NCBI GenBank assembly: GCA_965267575.1
Contig: OZ254086.1
Coordinates: 1,536,001 to 1,600,000 of the forward strand
Reading direction: 5' to 3'
DNA length: 64,000 nucleotides
Origin: Calditrichales bacterium
GTDB taxonomy: Bacteria; Calditrichota; Calditrichia; Calditrichales; J004
The notes beneath the pieces were generated by a model that made no database searches, was not told the origin of the DNA, and saw nothing but the letters and a program-made list of their open reading frames with translations. This document shows, in pieces, positions 19,470 to 28,406 of this stretch (within the stretch, counting starts at the first letter, position 1; every line of letters starts with the position of its first letter). The position numbers were made by a program, and so were the translations under genes.

Positions 19470-19925
19470 ATGGCTGCGATGGTTCATGCGCTGCGACCCA
19501 TTGAAATCCTGTTGATAGAAGACAGCCCGTCCGATGCCCTGCTTACCAGGGAATCACTAAAAGAAAGCAATGTAAAGTGCCATGTTTCCGTTGTGGCAAG
19601 CGGCAGTGAAGCGCAGGCATTTTTGCTGCAAGAACAGGCTTATCAAAACACCACCCGGCCCGATCTGATCATCATGGACCTTAAACTTCCCCGGGGCGAA
19701 GGGCCGGAAACCTTACGTCGCATCAAAGAAGATCCCCGTTTCAGACATATCCCGGTCATCGTTTTATCCTCATCAGACGCCGAAGAAGACATCAATTTCG
19801 CCTACAGACATTCCGCAAATTGTTATATCACAAAGCCGGTAGACCTGGAGCGTTTTAGCGAGGTGATATCGGTAATGCAGAAATTTTGGTGTGAAGCCGC
19901 ACAATTACCATCCCACGAAGAGTAA
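19470..19925 (+). CDS. Single-domain response regulator (Rcp1-like)
   Basis: ILLIEDSPSD, PDLIIMDLKLP, IPVIVLSSS, ANCYITKPVD, FW near the C-terminus. Confidence 0.92.
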   Translation: MAAMVHALRPIEILLIEDSPSDALLTRESLKESNVKCHVSVVASGSEAQAFLLQEQAYQNTTRPDLIIMDLKLPRGEGPETLRRIKEDPRFRHIPVIVLSSSDAEEDINFAYRHSANCYITKPVDLERFSEVISVMQKFWCEAAQLPSHEE

Positions 19926-19927
19926 AT

Positions 19928-20209
19928 ATGGACAAAAAAATCGAACTAAGTCTATACGTTTACGGCCTCAATTCTTCAAACAACCGCGTTATTGCGCGTC
20001 TGATAAAGACACTCGATGATCAGTTGAGGGATGACTATAAATTTAATGTTTATGATCTCAAGAAAGACCCGGTGCCCGGATTGCGCGGAGAAATTCTCGT
20101 AACCCCAACGCTGGTGCGCGATTATCCCGAACCAAACATAAAAATTACCGGTGACCTTGAAAATACGGCCAACATTATGTTGAAACTGGAATTGCTGGGC
20201 GGAAAGTAG
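19928..20209 (+). CDS. kaiB: KaiB-family protein
   Basis: LSLYVYG..S, VYDLKKDP, ILVTPTLVRDYPEP.IKITGDL match the KaiB pattern. Confidence 0.8.
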   Translation: MDKKIELSLYVYGLNSSNNRVIARLIKTLDDQLRDDYKFNVYDLKKDPVPGLRGEILVTPTLVRDYPEPNIKITGDLENTANIMLKLELLGGK

Positions 20210-20212
20210 AAA

Positions 20213-22072
20213 ATGAATACTCAGAAACTGCGCATAGTAATGATCGAAGATAATACCGCCGATGCCGCTTTTATGCGTACAATCCTTATGGAGGAGCCCT
20301 CTGTGGAGATTTCTTTCCACTGGGAAAAACGCCTCGAGGATGGCATCAAATATTGCCGTAAGAGACGCAACAGCGTGGATGTGGTCCTGTTGGATCTTTC
20401 TTTGCCGGACAGCAGCGGCATACGCACTCTGGAGCGATTTACAAGTGCCTGTGCCGATTTGCCGGTTATTGTTTTAAGCGCCCTGAGCGATGAAGAGCTG
20501 GCCCTGGAGACGCTGAAGAGCGGTGCGCAGGACTATGTGCTAAAAGGCCAGTTTGAGCGTACCCTTGTTCTTAAGACTATCTACTATGCGATTGAACGGC
20601 AAAAGCTGACGACCCAGCTAAGCCGCCAAAAAGAGAATCTTTCCTGGATTGAAAAGCGCCTGCGCACAATTATTACCAGTTCACTGGACGGCATATTGGT
20701 GGTTGATAAAAAGGGCTTTATTCGTTTTGCCAACCCCAGCGCGGAGCGGCTTTTTGGTCGTACACAAAAAGAGCTGATTGGTTTTCAATTTGGCATTCCG
20801 CTGATAAAGGGCGAAAGCGTTGACCTGGAAATATTTAATCCGCATCAGGAACAGGCGTTTGTAGAGCTGCACCTGGTTGAGATCAACTGGGAGGGCACCG
20901 ATGCAAACCTGCTTACCATGGGTGATATTACAGAGCGGCGAAAAGCGGAAGAGGCCATACGTGACAGTGAAGAAAAATTCCGCGCTATCGCCACCACGGC
21001 TACGGACGGCATAATACATCTGAATGAGCGTAATGAAGTAGTATTTATCAACGACGCCGCCTGCCATATTTTTAATATCGAAGAAAGGCCGTCCACGGTA
21101 GAGCCGTTCTCCCTTTTGCTTAAAGGAAACGAGCAGCTTCTAAAGTTTATAGAAGGAAAACGCAAAATCTCCGACCGCTTAAAATTTGAAGACGATCAGC
21201 AACAAAATCCGCATGAAATCCGCGTTAAACGCGTAGGAGATGAAGTTTTCCCCATCGAACTGTCTTTGTCCTTTTTTCGCCGTAAAGGCCGCAAACAAAC
21301 CGTTTGCATCATCCGTGATATAACCGAAAGAAAACGCTCCGAAGAGATCCTCGTTGATACACGAAATGAACTAAAAGATGCCCTGTCTGAACTGCAAAAC
21401 AACCAGGAGCGCCTCGTGGAAGTTGAAAAGCTAAACAGCGTGCGCGAACTGGCCGGCGCCATTGCTCATGAATTTTCGCAGCCGCTTCAGGGGCTGTTTA
21501 ATTATTTCCACCTCATCCGGAATAACGAGCCTCGTGAAGAATACTTTGAAAAAGCCGAGCAGCTTCTTAATCGCATCTCCGACCTCAAAAACAGCCTTAC
21601 CAATATTACCAGTCTGCACCAGAAGAGCTATCTTGATTCCAAGATCCTCGACATCTATGCCTCAAGCGAAATCAGTGAGGCGGATAAGAAATCGAACATT
21701 CTTGTAGTAGACGATGAACGGGAAATCCTGGAAACAATGATGGATATTTTTAACAATGCCGGGTTTACCTGCTACGGTGCCAGCGACGGTACAGAGGCCC
21801 TGGAAATTGCTTCCGGCCACACGTTTGATCTGATCATATCCGATGTTATGATGCAGCAAATGAATGGCCCCGAACTCTATCGTCAATTGAAAAAGCTGAA
21901 TTACGGAGGAAAATTTATTTTTATTACCGGCTACGAAATAGAGCGCGAAATGGAAGATATAGTGGGAGAAGTAGACGGCGTTATAAGCAAGCCCGTTGCC
22001 TTCCAGGACCTGCTAAATTCGGTTCGCTATGTTCTGAACAAGGAACGAGATAAAGAAGACAGCACCGTTTAG
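20213..22072 (+). CDS. Hybrid signalling protein REC-PAS-PAS-HisKA(DHp)-REC, no HATPase domain
   Basis: N-terminal REC (LLDLSLPD), two PAS domains ending DITERR/K, H-box AGAIAHEFSQPL, C-terminal REC (ILVVDDE...IISDVMM...KP). Confidence 0.85.
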   Translation: MNTQKLRIVMIEDNTADAAFMRTILMEEPSVEISFHWEKRLEDGIKYCRKRRNSVDVVLLDLSLPDSSGIRTLERFTSACADLPVIVLSALSDEELALETLKSGAQDYVLKGQFERTLVLKTIYYAIERQKLTTQLSRQKENLSWIEKRLRTIITSSLDGILVVDKKGFIRFANPSAERLFGRTQKELIGFQFGIPLIKGESVDLEIFNPHQEQAFVELHLVEINWEGTDANLLTMGDITERRKAEEAIRDSEEKFRAIATTATDGIIHLNERNEVVFINDAACHIFNIEERPSTVEPFSLLLKGNEQLLKFIEGKRKISDRLKFEDDQQQNPHEIRVKRVGDEVFPIELSLSFFRRKGRKQTVCIIRDITERKRSEEILVDTRNELKDALSELQNNQERLVEVEKLNSVRELAGAIAHEFSQPLQGLFNYFHLIRNNEPREEYFEKAEQLLNRISDLKNSLTNITSLHQKSYLDSKILDIYASSEISEADKKSNILVVDDEREILETMMDIFNNAGFTCYGASDGTEALEIASGHTFDLIISDVMMQQMNGPELYRQLKKLNYGGKFIFITGYEIEREMEDIVGEVDGVISKPVAFQDLLNSVRYVLNKERDKEDSTV

Positions 22073-22175
22073 AAAGTACACAAGGTGTTGAATTTGTCTG
22101 TTTTAAATGTTTAAATTGCGTTTTAAAAACCCACTAATAACATAATTTAAATATCGGAAATGGAACGGAGGACAA

Positions 22176-23783
22176 ATGAAGCCATTTTATGGTGCCGGCG
22201 TGAGCGCACGGGAAGTATCGACGGCTGGCCTCAAGAACCTTAAAAAGGTTCATTATAATCTGAGCCCGGCGGCACTTTACGAAGAAGCCCTGCGCAACGG
22301 CGAAGGTGTAATGGCCGATGGCGGGCCGCTGGTTGTGGAAACAGGAAAATTTACCGGCCGCTCCCCCAACGATAAGTTTGTAGTTAAGGATGAAAACAGT
22401 GCCGACAAAGTAGCCTGGGGAAAAGTAAACGTCGCTATCGATCCGGGAAAATTTGATAAGCTTTATGATAAAATAAGAGCCTATTTTCAGGATCGCGAAG
22501 TTTATGTGCTGGATGCTTTTGCCGGCGCCGACGAAGATTACCGCTTGTCGGTGCGCATTATAACGGAACTCGCCTGGCACAGTCTGTTTGTTCAAAATAT
22601 GTTTATCCGTATTACCGATAAAAAGGTATTGGAAAAATTTGAGCCGGGCTTTACGGTTATCAACGCTTCCATGCTGCAGGGCGATCCCGAACTGGATGGT
22701 CTTAATTCGGAGACATTTATCATCGTTAACTTTACAAAGCGCATGGTAATAATTGGCGGAACACAGTATGCCGGGGAAAATAAAAAATCGGTTTTCAGCG
22801 TATTAAATTATATCCTGCCGCAACAAGGAGTATTACCGATGCACTGCAGCGCCAACGTTGGTAAAGAGGGCGATTCCGCATTGTTTTTCGGCTTATCCGG
22901 AACGGGAAAGACCACACTTTCAGCGGACCCGACCCGCGCGCTGATCGGCGATGACGAGCATGGCTGGAGCGAAAACGGGATTTTTAACTTTGAAGGGGGA
23001 TGTTATGCTAAGGTTATCCGCCTATCCGAAGAAGCCGAACCGGCCATTTACCGCACTACACAGACTTTTGGAACCGTCCTTGAGAATGTGGTGCTTGACC
23101 CGCACACACGTATCCCCGATCTGGACGATGGCAGCAAAACCGAAAACACCCGTGCCTCATATCCCATCTCGCAGCTGGATAATATTGTGGAAGACGGCAA
23201 AGGCAATCACCCCAAAAATATAATTTTTCTTACCGCGGACGCGTTTGGCGTTTTACCGCCGCTTTCCAGGCTTACCCCGGAACAGGCCATGTACCAGTTT
23301 CTGCTGGGTTATACGGCCAAAGTGGCCGGTACGGAACGTGGGGTGACCGAACCTCAGGCGACGTTCAGCACTTGCTTTGGTGCGCCTTTTATGCCGCTGC
23401 ACCCCAGCGAGTATTCCAAACTGCTTGGAAAGAAAATTGAGAAATACAATGTGAATTGCTGGCTTGTTAATACCGGCTGGACCGGCGGTCCTTACGGTGT
23501 TGGCAAACGTATTTCCATTAAACATACGCGTGCTCTGCTCAATGCGGCACTGGAAGGCAAGATGGAAAGTGTCTCTTTTTCGAAGGACCCGGTTTTTGGT
23601 TTGCAGGTGCCGGATAAATGCCCGGGCGTTCCTGATGAGGTGTTGATGCCGAGAAATACATGGAACGATAAATCAGCCTATGACAAAAAAGCGGCCGACC
23701 TTGCTACGTTGTTCAAAGAAAACTTCAAAAAATATGAACAGTTTGTAAGCGAGGCGGTGCGTAAAGCCGGACCGAGCGTATAG
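22176..23783 (+). CDS. pckA: Phosphoenolpyruvate carboxykinase (ATP)
   Basis: [45 protein letters not shown]. Confidence 0.98.
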   Translation: MKPFYGAGVSAREVSTAGLKNLKKVHYNLSPAALYEEALRNGEGVMADGGPLVVETGKFTGRSPNDKFVVKDENSADKVAWGKVNVAIDPGKFDKLYDKIRAYFQDREVYVLDAFAGADEDYRLSVRIITELAWHSLFVQNMFIRITDKKVLEKFEPGFTVINASMLQGDPELDGLNSETFIIVNFTKRMVIIGGTQYAGENKKSVFSVLNYILPQQGVLPMHCSANVGKEGDSALFFGLSGTGKTTLSADPTRALIGDDEHGWSENGIFNFEGGCYAKVIRLSEEAEPAIYRTTQTFGTVLENVVLDPHTRIPDLDDGSKTENTRASYPISQLDNIVEDGKGNHPKNIIFLTADAFGVLPPLSRLTPEQAMYQFLLGYTAKVAGTERGVTEPQATFSTCFGAPFMPLHPSEYSKLLGKKIEKYNVNCWLVNTGWTGGPYGVGKRISIKHTRALLNAALEGKMESVSFSKDPVFGLQVPDKCPGVPDEVLMPRNTWNDKSAYDKKAADLATLFKENFKKYEQFVSEAVRKAGPSV

Positions 23784-23794
23784 ACGAAATTATC

Positions 23795-23821
23795 AGCCCC
23801 GCCCAGCGGGGCTTTTTTTTT
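23795..23821 (+). terminator. Rho-independent terminator after pckA
   Basis: AGCCCCGC-cca-GCGGGGCT followed by a long T-run. Confidence 0.85.
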
Positions 23822-23894
23822 GCACCGAATCGTTTTGTTTGCATTAGAAAAGTTACGGTTATAGCATTGTGCCACATTAAACCGAGATACTGTT

Positions 23895-24758
23895 ATGAAG
23901 AAACTTTCCATCATTGCTCTTTTTCTTTCCGTTTTTATGTTAGCGGGTTGCAGCGAGCTATTGCAGTTTTTGCAGCTTTCAAAAGTTGAAAAACCGACCG
24001 CCAGGGTCAGCAGCGCCAGGATAACGTCCTTGTCCTTCAGCGAGGCGCAGATATTGGTGGATATCCAATTGCAAAATCCCAACAATCTTTCCATCAAGCT
24101 GGCCGCCATGGATTATGATCTCAGTATCAATGAATTCAGTCTGATAAGCGGTAATAAGGATGATGAACTAAGCATTGCAGCGCGTGACAGCAGCTTGGTG
24201 CAATTGCCTTTTACTCTGCGCTACGACGATTTATACAACTCTCTGAAAAGCCTTAGCGGCAAAGACACTTCGTCCTATAATTTCAGCGGCGGTCTCAGCT
24301 TCGATGTACCGGTGCTGGGGCAGGTACGGGTGCCGGTAAGCAAAAGCGGCATACTGCCTCTTCTGCGGTTGCCCAAAGTCAATCTCGAAAAGCTAAAGCT
24401 GAATACGGTAAGCTGGACCGGCGCCGATCTGCAGCTCGATGTTTCCGTGGAAAGCTTCGGCGGTCTGGAATTGTTTGTGGACAAGCTCGATTATTCGCTG
24501 CAGGTAAATGGCCGCAAGTGGCTGGATAGCGCTATCAACAAACGCATTGATCTGGCGCAGGAGGGCAAGAAGATTATTTCCATACCATTTAAGCTGGATT
24601 TCCTGGAAATGGGGCGCTCAGCCTATGACGCTATCATGGGCGATGCGCCGCTCAGCTATGATTTCAGTGGTCTGATCAAGGTGGGTTCGGAAAATCCGCT
24701 GCTAAAAGACGCGTCCTTTAATTTTGAAGACCTAAGCTCCGTGGAGCTGTGGAAGTAG
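23895..24758 (+). CDS. LEA type 2 (WHy) tandem-domain lipoprotein
   Basis: Lipobox LAGC; QNPN..SIKL..MDYDL.IN motif; two similar halves. Confidence 0.85.
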   Translation: MKKLSIIALFLSVFMLAGCSELLQFLQLSKVEKPTARVSSARITSLSFSEAQILVDIQLQNPNNLSIKLAAMDYDLSINEFSLISGNKDDELSIAARDSSLVQLPFTLRYDDLYNSLKSLSGKDTSSYNFSGGLSFDVPVLGQVRVPVSKSGILPLLRLPKVNLEKLKLNTVSWTGADLQLDVSVESFGGLELFVDKLDYSLQVNGRKWLDSAINKRIDLAQEGKKIISIPFKLDFLEMGRSAYDAIMGDAPLSYDFSGLIKVGSENPLLKDASFNFEDLSSVELWK

Positions 24759-24793
24759 TGGCGAATTGTTGTTAACGCGCCATTTTCATTATC

Positions 24794-24895
24794 GTCATTC
24801 CCACGAATGCGGGAATCCGGGAAACGTGCTTTTGCCCATAGCCAGATAATTTTCCGGCGAAGGGTCCAATGGAGCCCCACTTTCGCGGGGATGAC
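24794..24895. repeat. Inverted REP-like doublet (REPIN-like)
   Basis: GTCATTCCCACGAATGCGGGAATCC (24794-24818) and an inverted copy GGAGCCCCACTTTCGCGGGGATGAC (24871-24895) between convergent genes. Confidence 0.8.
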
Positions 24896-24906
24896 ATCAT
24901 CATCAA

Positions 24907-25542
24907 CTAACCAACATTCAGCATGTACCAATGGTCGCCGCGCTGGGGATTTTTTGTAAAGCCGATTTTGCGCAGGAATTTTTCGTGCGTGCCACGACTG
25001 TGAATATGCAGTGTTTTGACGCCTTTTTCTTGCAGTACTTTCCGACCCTCGCCAAATAATAAAAAACGCGCCGCTTTCAGATCGCGAAAGTCAGGAATGA
25101 CGTAATCTGCCTTTATTTCGTAATCGGTCGCCGAGAGTGGTTCGGCCACAAACAGGCCCACCGGTAGCATATTTCGCAAAGTAAACAAAGACAGGGGGTT
25201 ACGCAGTTTGGAGATGTCAAATTCCGGGAAGAAATGTTCGATGTCTTTTCCGTGAAAGCGCAGAAAGCGGCCGATAAAAGGCTTGCCCAGGGCAGAGGCT
25301 TCCAGGACTTCAAACTGGTCACGCGCCCGGCGCATTTGCCACAGATAATAAACATCAACCACGGCGATCCAGCCGTTAAGAGCCAACACAGGATATGCCC
25401 CTATCAGCAAACCATACAGCGCAAAAACGGACGCGCCGGCAAAGTTCCACCAACGCAGCCGCACAATCGATTTCATCATCAGCGACAGGGCAACCGTAAC
25501 CGAACCCGTGTAGCCGATGACCTCCAGCCAGTTAATTTCCAT
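24907..25542 (-). CDS. Membrane protein, YgjV-like N-terminal domain plus soluble C-terminal domain
   Basis: IGYTGSV.VALSLMMKSIVRLRWWN..GA..FA.YGLLI.AYPV..LN; DYVIPDFRD; directly downstream of ychF. Confidence 0.7.
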   Translation of the reverse strand: MEINWLEVIGYTGSVTVALSLMMKSIVRLRWWNFAGASVFALYGLLIGAYPVLALNGWIAVVDVYYLWQMRRARDQFEVLEASALGKPFIGRFLRFHGKDIEHFFPEFDISKLRNPLSLFTLRNMLPVGLFVAEPLSATDYEIKADYVIPDFRDLKAARFLLFGEGRKVLQEKGVKTLHIHSRGTHEKFLRKIGFTKNPQRGDHWYMLNVG

Positions 25543-25544
25543 AT

Positions 25545-26627
25545 CTACACGTTAAAGCGAATGTTCAGAATATCTCCGTCCTTTACGGTGTACTCTTTGC
25601 CCTCAAGCCGCAGCAGACCTTTATCGCGGCAGGCGTTCATACTCCCGTTGGCAATCAGGTCGTCGTAGTGCACAGTTTCCGCGCGTATAAAGCCCTTTTC
25701 TAAATCACTGTGAATAACGCCGGCGGCTTTTTGAGCGTTGGTACCCCGGCGGATGGTCCAGGCGCGGCATTCGTCCTCTCCCACGGTAAAAAAGGAAATG
25801 AGCCCCAAAAGTTCATAGGAAGCGCGGATTAATTTGTCAAGCGCCGGCTCCGTTATCCCGAGGTCTTCCATAAACTCGGCCTTATCTTCATCGGGCAGTT
25901 CGGAAATCTCCTTTTCGATTTCGGCGCTCAAAGAAACTACCTGACAATCATTACCGGCGAGCCCGGCGTATTTTTTTTCGATTTCCGCGCTGTTACCAGC
26001 CTCGCCCTCGGCCACGTTGATGCAGTAAAGCAAAGGTTTGGCCGTAACAAACTGGTAACCTTTCATGATTTTCTGTTCATCAGCATTCAAATCCAGTTCG
26101 CGGATCGGCTTTTCGTTTTCCAGTTGCTCTTTAAATTTTGTCATCAGGGCCAGCTCGCGGATGTCTTTATCTTCCTTTAGCTTCTGCACCAGTTTTTCCA
26201 GCTTTTCTACGCGTGTCTCCACAATGGCCAGGTCGCTTAGCAGGAATTCCCCGTTTATAAAATCAATATCCCGCCTCGGATCGACGGAATCGAAAGGGTG
26301 CGGATAGTAATCATTTTCAAAGTCGCGTATCATCACCAGGATGGCGTCGACATTTTTCAGGTTGGCCATAAATTGCGCCGGCAGACCCTGCGGCTTGGTG
26401 CCGTCGCCTTCCAGTCCCGCCACTTTTACGAATTCAATCGTGGTGTGCACCTCTTTTTTGGGGTTAAACATGGCCGCTAACTTATCCAGTCTTTCGTCGG
26501 GCACTTTTACCACGCCGCGCTCAGCCTGACCCTTGGCGCCATGCGAGGCTTCACTCTTGATGTTGAGCAGGGTTGAAAAGAGAGTTGTCTTTCCGGAGTA
26601 GGGCAATCCTACAATACCGATTTCCAT
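25545..26627 (-). CDS. ychF: Redox-regulated ATPase YchF
   Basis: IGIVGLP.SGKTTLF, VPDERL, FFTVG.DECRAWTI, IHSDLEKGFIRAE, RLEGKEY.V.DGD...RFNV. Confidence 0.96.
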   Translation of the reverse strand: MEIGIVGLPYSGKTTLFSTLLNIKSEASHGAKGQAERGVVKVPDERLDKLAAMFNPKKEVHTTIEFVKVAGLEGDGTKPQGLPAQFMANLKNVDAILVMIRDFENDYYPHPFDSVDPRRDIDFINGEFLLSDLAIVETRVEKLEKLVQKLKEDKDIRELALMTKFKEQLENEKPIRELDLNADEQKIMKGYQFVTAKPLLYCINVAEGEAGNSAEIEKKYAGLAGNDCQVVSLSAEIEKEISELPDEDKAEFMEDLGITEPALDKLIRASYELLGLISFFTVGEDECRAWTIRRGTNAQKAAGVIHSDLEKGFIRAETVHYDDLIANGSMNACRDKGLLRLEGKEYTVKDGDILNIRFNV

Positions 26628-26666
26628 TAAATTTTTCTCCAATATTATTGCTGTGTAAAATTCGCA

Positions 26667-26695
26667 AAATTACGGAAAATTTATAACTTAGCCAA
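26667..26695 (-). promoter_or_regulatory. Putative sigma70 promoter for ychF
   Basis: Minus strand TTGGCT-17 bp-TAATTT. Confidence 0.45.
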
Positions 26696-26708
26696 AAGGA
26701 GAAGAAGC

Positions 26709-26891
26709 GAATGATTGAATCGTTGAATTATTGAATGATTGAATTGCTGAATTATTGAATTGACAGCTTAATGGCAAGACTTGATTAGGAGATAAATCAA
26801 AAATTTAGCTTTAAAGATGAGTACGGCAAAATATCGATTCAGCAAAAATCCAATAATTCAATAATTCAGTAATTCATCAATTCACTAACTC
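26709..26891. repeat. Inverted pair of 8-bp tandem arrays (GAATNNTT x7 ... AATAATTC-like x5) around an ~87-bp core
   Basis: Left units at 26709-26764; right reverse-complement units at 26852-26891. Confidence 0.85.
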
Positions 26892-26900
26892 AATCTTCTT

Positions 26901-27275
26901 ATGGTTCAGATTGTTATAGTCGGTTTGGGTGGTTTTTTAGGGGCGATTGCGCGCTATCTTATTTCGGGCTGGGTCTACCGGCGCTGGGGCAGTGCTTTGC
27001 CCTGGGGTACCATGGCCGTTAATGTCGCCGGTAGTTTTGTTTTGGGTTTTTTCCTGTTGCTCAGCGAGGGCCGTTTCAGTATTTCGCCGTTGTGGCGCTC
27101 GTTTATCGCCGTTGGCCTGTTGGGGGCACTGACCACGTTTTCAACCTTCAGCTATGAGACATTCGCCCTGCTGCAGGAGCAGCTTTACCACCAGGCCGTT
27201 TTTAATATTTTGCTGAATGTTGTAGTGACGCTTTTGGCTGTATGGCTGGGTATGGTGAGCGCGCGTCTGGTTTAG
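26901..27275 (+). CDS. crcB: Fluoride efflux channel Fluc/CrcB
   Basis: GGFLGAIARY, PWGTMAVNVAGSF, GLLGALTTFSTFSYE. Confidence 0.96.
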   Translation: MVQIVIVGLGGFLGAIARYLISGWVYRRWGSALPWGTMAVNVAGSFVLGFFLLLSEGRFSISPLWRSFIAVGLLGALTTFSTFSYETFALLQEQLYHQAVFNILLNVVVTLLAVWLGMVSARLV

Positions 27276-27284
27276 GAGGGTGCA

Positions 27285-27629
27285 ATGAAAAACAAAAGCA
27301 TTGGTAAGCTTCTGCGTATTTTTGTGGGAGAACTGGACAAATGGCAAGGCAAGCCGCTTTACGAGGGGCTGTTGAATAAAGCCCACGAAATGGGAATGGC
27401 AGGTGCTACGGTTCTTCGCGCCATCCAGGGTTTTGGCGGCGGAAGGCGTACCATGCACAACGCAAAGATCCTGCGTCTCTCCGAGGACCTGCCGCTGGTT
27501 ATCGAAATGGTTGACAGCGAAGAAAATATCCGCGCTGCCATAGAGGCATTCGAAAAAATGATTGACGAAAGCGGCGCCGGTGTGTTGATGACGCTGGAAC
27601 AGGCCGAGGTCATTCGCTATCACAAATAG
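27285..27629 (+). CDS. DUF190 (PII-like) protein
   Basis: LLRIFVGE.DKW.GKPLYE, GATVLRAIQGFG, LSEDLPLVIEMVD; usual crcB partner. Confidence 0.92.
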   Translation: MKNKSIGKLLRIFVGELDKWQGKPLYEGLLNKAHEMGMAGATVLRAIQGFGGGRRTMHNAKILRLSEDLPLVIEMVDSEENIRAAIEAFEKMIDESGAGVLMTLEQAEVIRYHK

Positions 27630-27635
27630 GGGTTT

Positions 27636-28388
27636 ATGGAAAAACTTGTTATTTACGGCCGCCAGCCTGTGATTGAGGCTTTGCGCGCAGGACATAAGAT
27701 CGATAACATACATATTGCACGCGATGCTGGCGGCAAGCCGCTGCAGATTATTGAGAAGCTGGCTGCCCAAAACGGTGTAGCTGTGCGCCGCGTTCCCAAG
27801 GATGAAATCCAGAGGATCAGCGGGCCGGTAGTGCACCAGGGGGTGGCGGCACGGGCGCAGGACATTGTGACTTTCAACAGCGCCCGGCTGGAAAAATTTC
27901 TGACGGATAATAAACGCCCGTTTTTGCTGGCATTGGACCAGATCCAGGATCCGCACAACCTGGGTGCCATTTTGCGCACCGCGGAAATCTGCGGCGTTGA
28001 TGCTGTTTTACTCCCCGAGAAGGGCAGCGCCGATCTGAATGCTACTGTGGCCAAAACGTCGGCAGGGGCGATGTTCCACTTGCGCTTTTTCCGCGCACCC
28101 GACATCGCCGTTTTTCTGGAAGTTCTAAACAAGCATGACGTGCTGACGGCGGCGTTGATGCCCTCATCGGAACACGACATGTACAGTTGCCGTTTAGATG
28201 GAGCGCTGGCGCTTGTGGTTGGCAGCGAGGGCAGGGGTGTGCGCAAAAATATCGCCAGGCTGTGCCGGGAACGCGTTGCCATTCCGCAATACGGACGCGT
28301 GGCTTCGCTCAACGCATCTGTTGCGGCAGCGGTAGTGCTCTACGAAGCGCTGCGTCAGCGAAGATCAAACGAAGAGGTCTCTGGGTGA
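27636..28388 (+). CDS. rlmB: 23S rRNA (G2251-2'-O)-methyltransferase RlmB (SpoU/TrmH family)
   Basis: IYGRQPVIEAL, HQGV, DPHNLGAILRTA, GSEGRG, SLNASVA. Confidence 0.92.
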   Translation: MEKLVIYGRQPVIEALRAGHKIDNIHIARDAGGKPLQIIEKLAAQNGVAVRRVPKDEIQRISGPVVHQGVAARAQDIVTFNSARLEKFLTDNKRPFLLALDQIQDPHNLGAILRTAEICGVDAVLLPEKGSADLNATVAKTSAGAMFHLRFFRAPDIAVFLEVLNKHDVLTAALMPSSEHDMYSCRLDGALALVVGSEGRGVRKNIARLCRERVAIPQYGRVASLNASVAAAVVLYEALRQRRSNEEVSG

Positions 28389-28406
28389 GAAAACCAAGGA
28401 GAAAAA

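Noticed and set aside
19928-20209. Complete circadian clock locus
   Set aside because: No kaiA or kaiC in the window; KaiB alone does not make an oscillator.
26709-26891. CRISPR array (also considered for 38398-38461 and 56636-56675)
   Set aside because: Units are 8 bp, contiguous and lack unique spacers; no cas genes in the window.
26700-26900. Fluoride riboswitch upstream of crcB
   Set aside because: I could not find the GGNGAUGGNGUUCNCC ... AACCGC ... GCUGAUGAC pattern; the region is occupied by 8-mer arrays. An Rfam/Infernal scan would be decisive.
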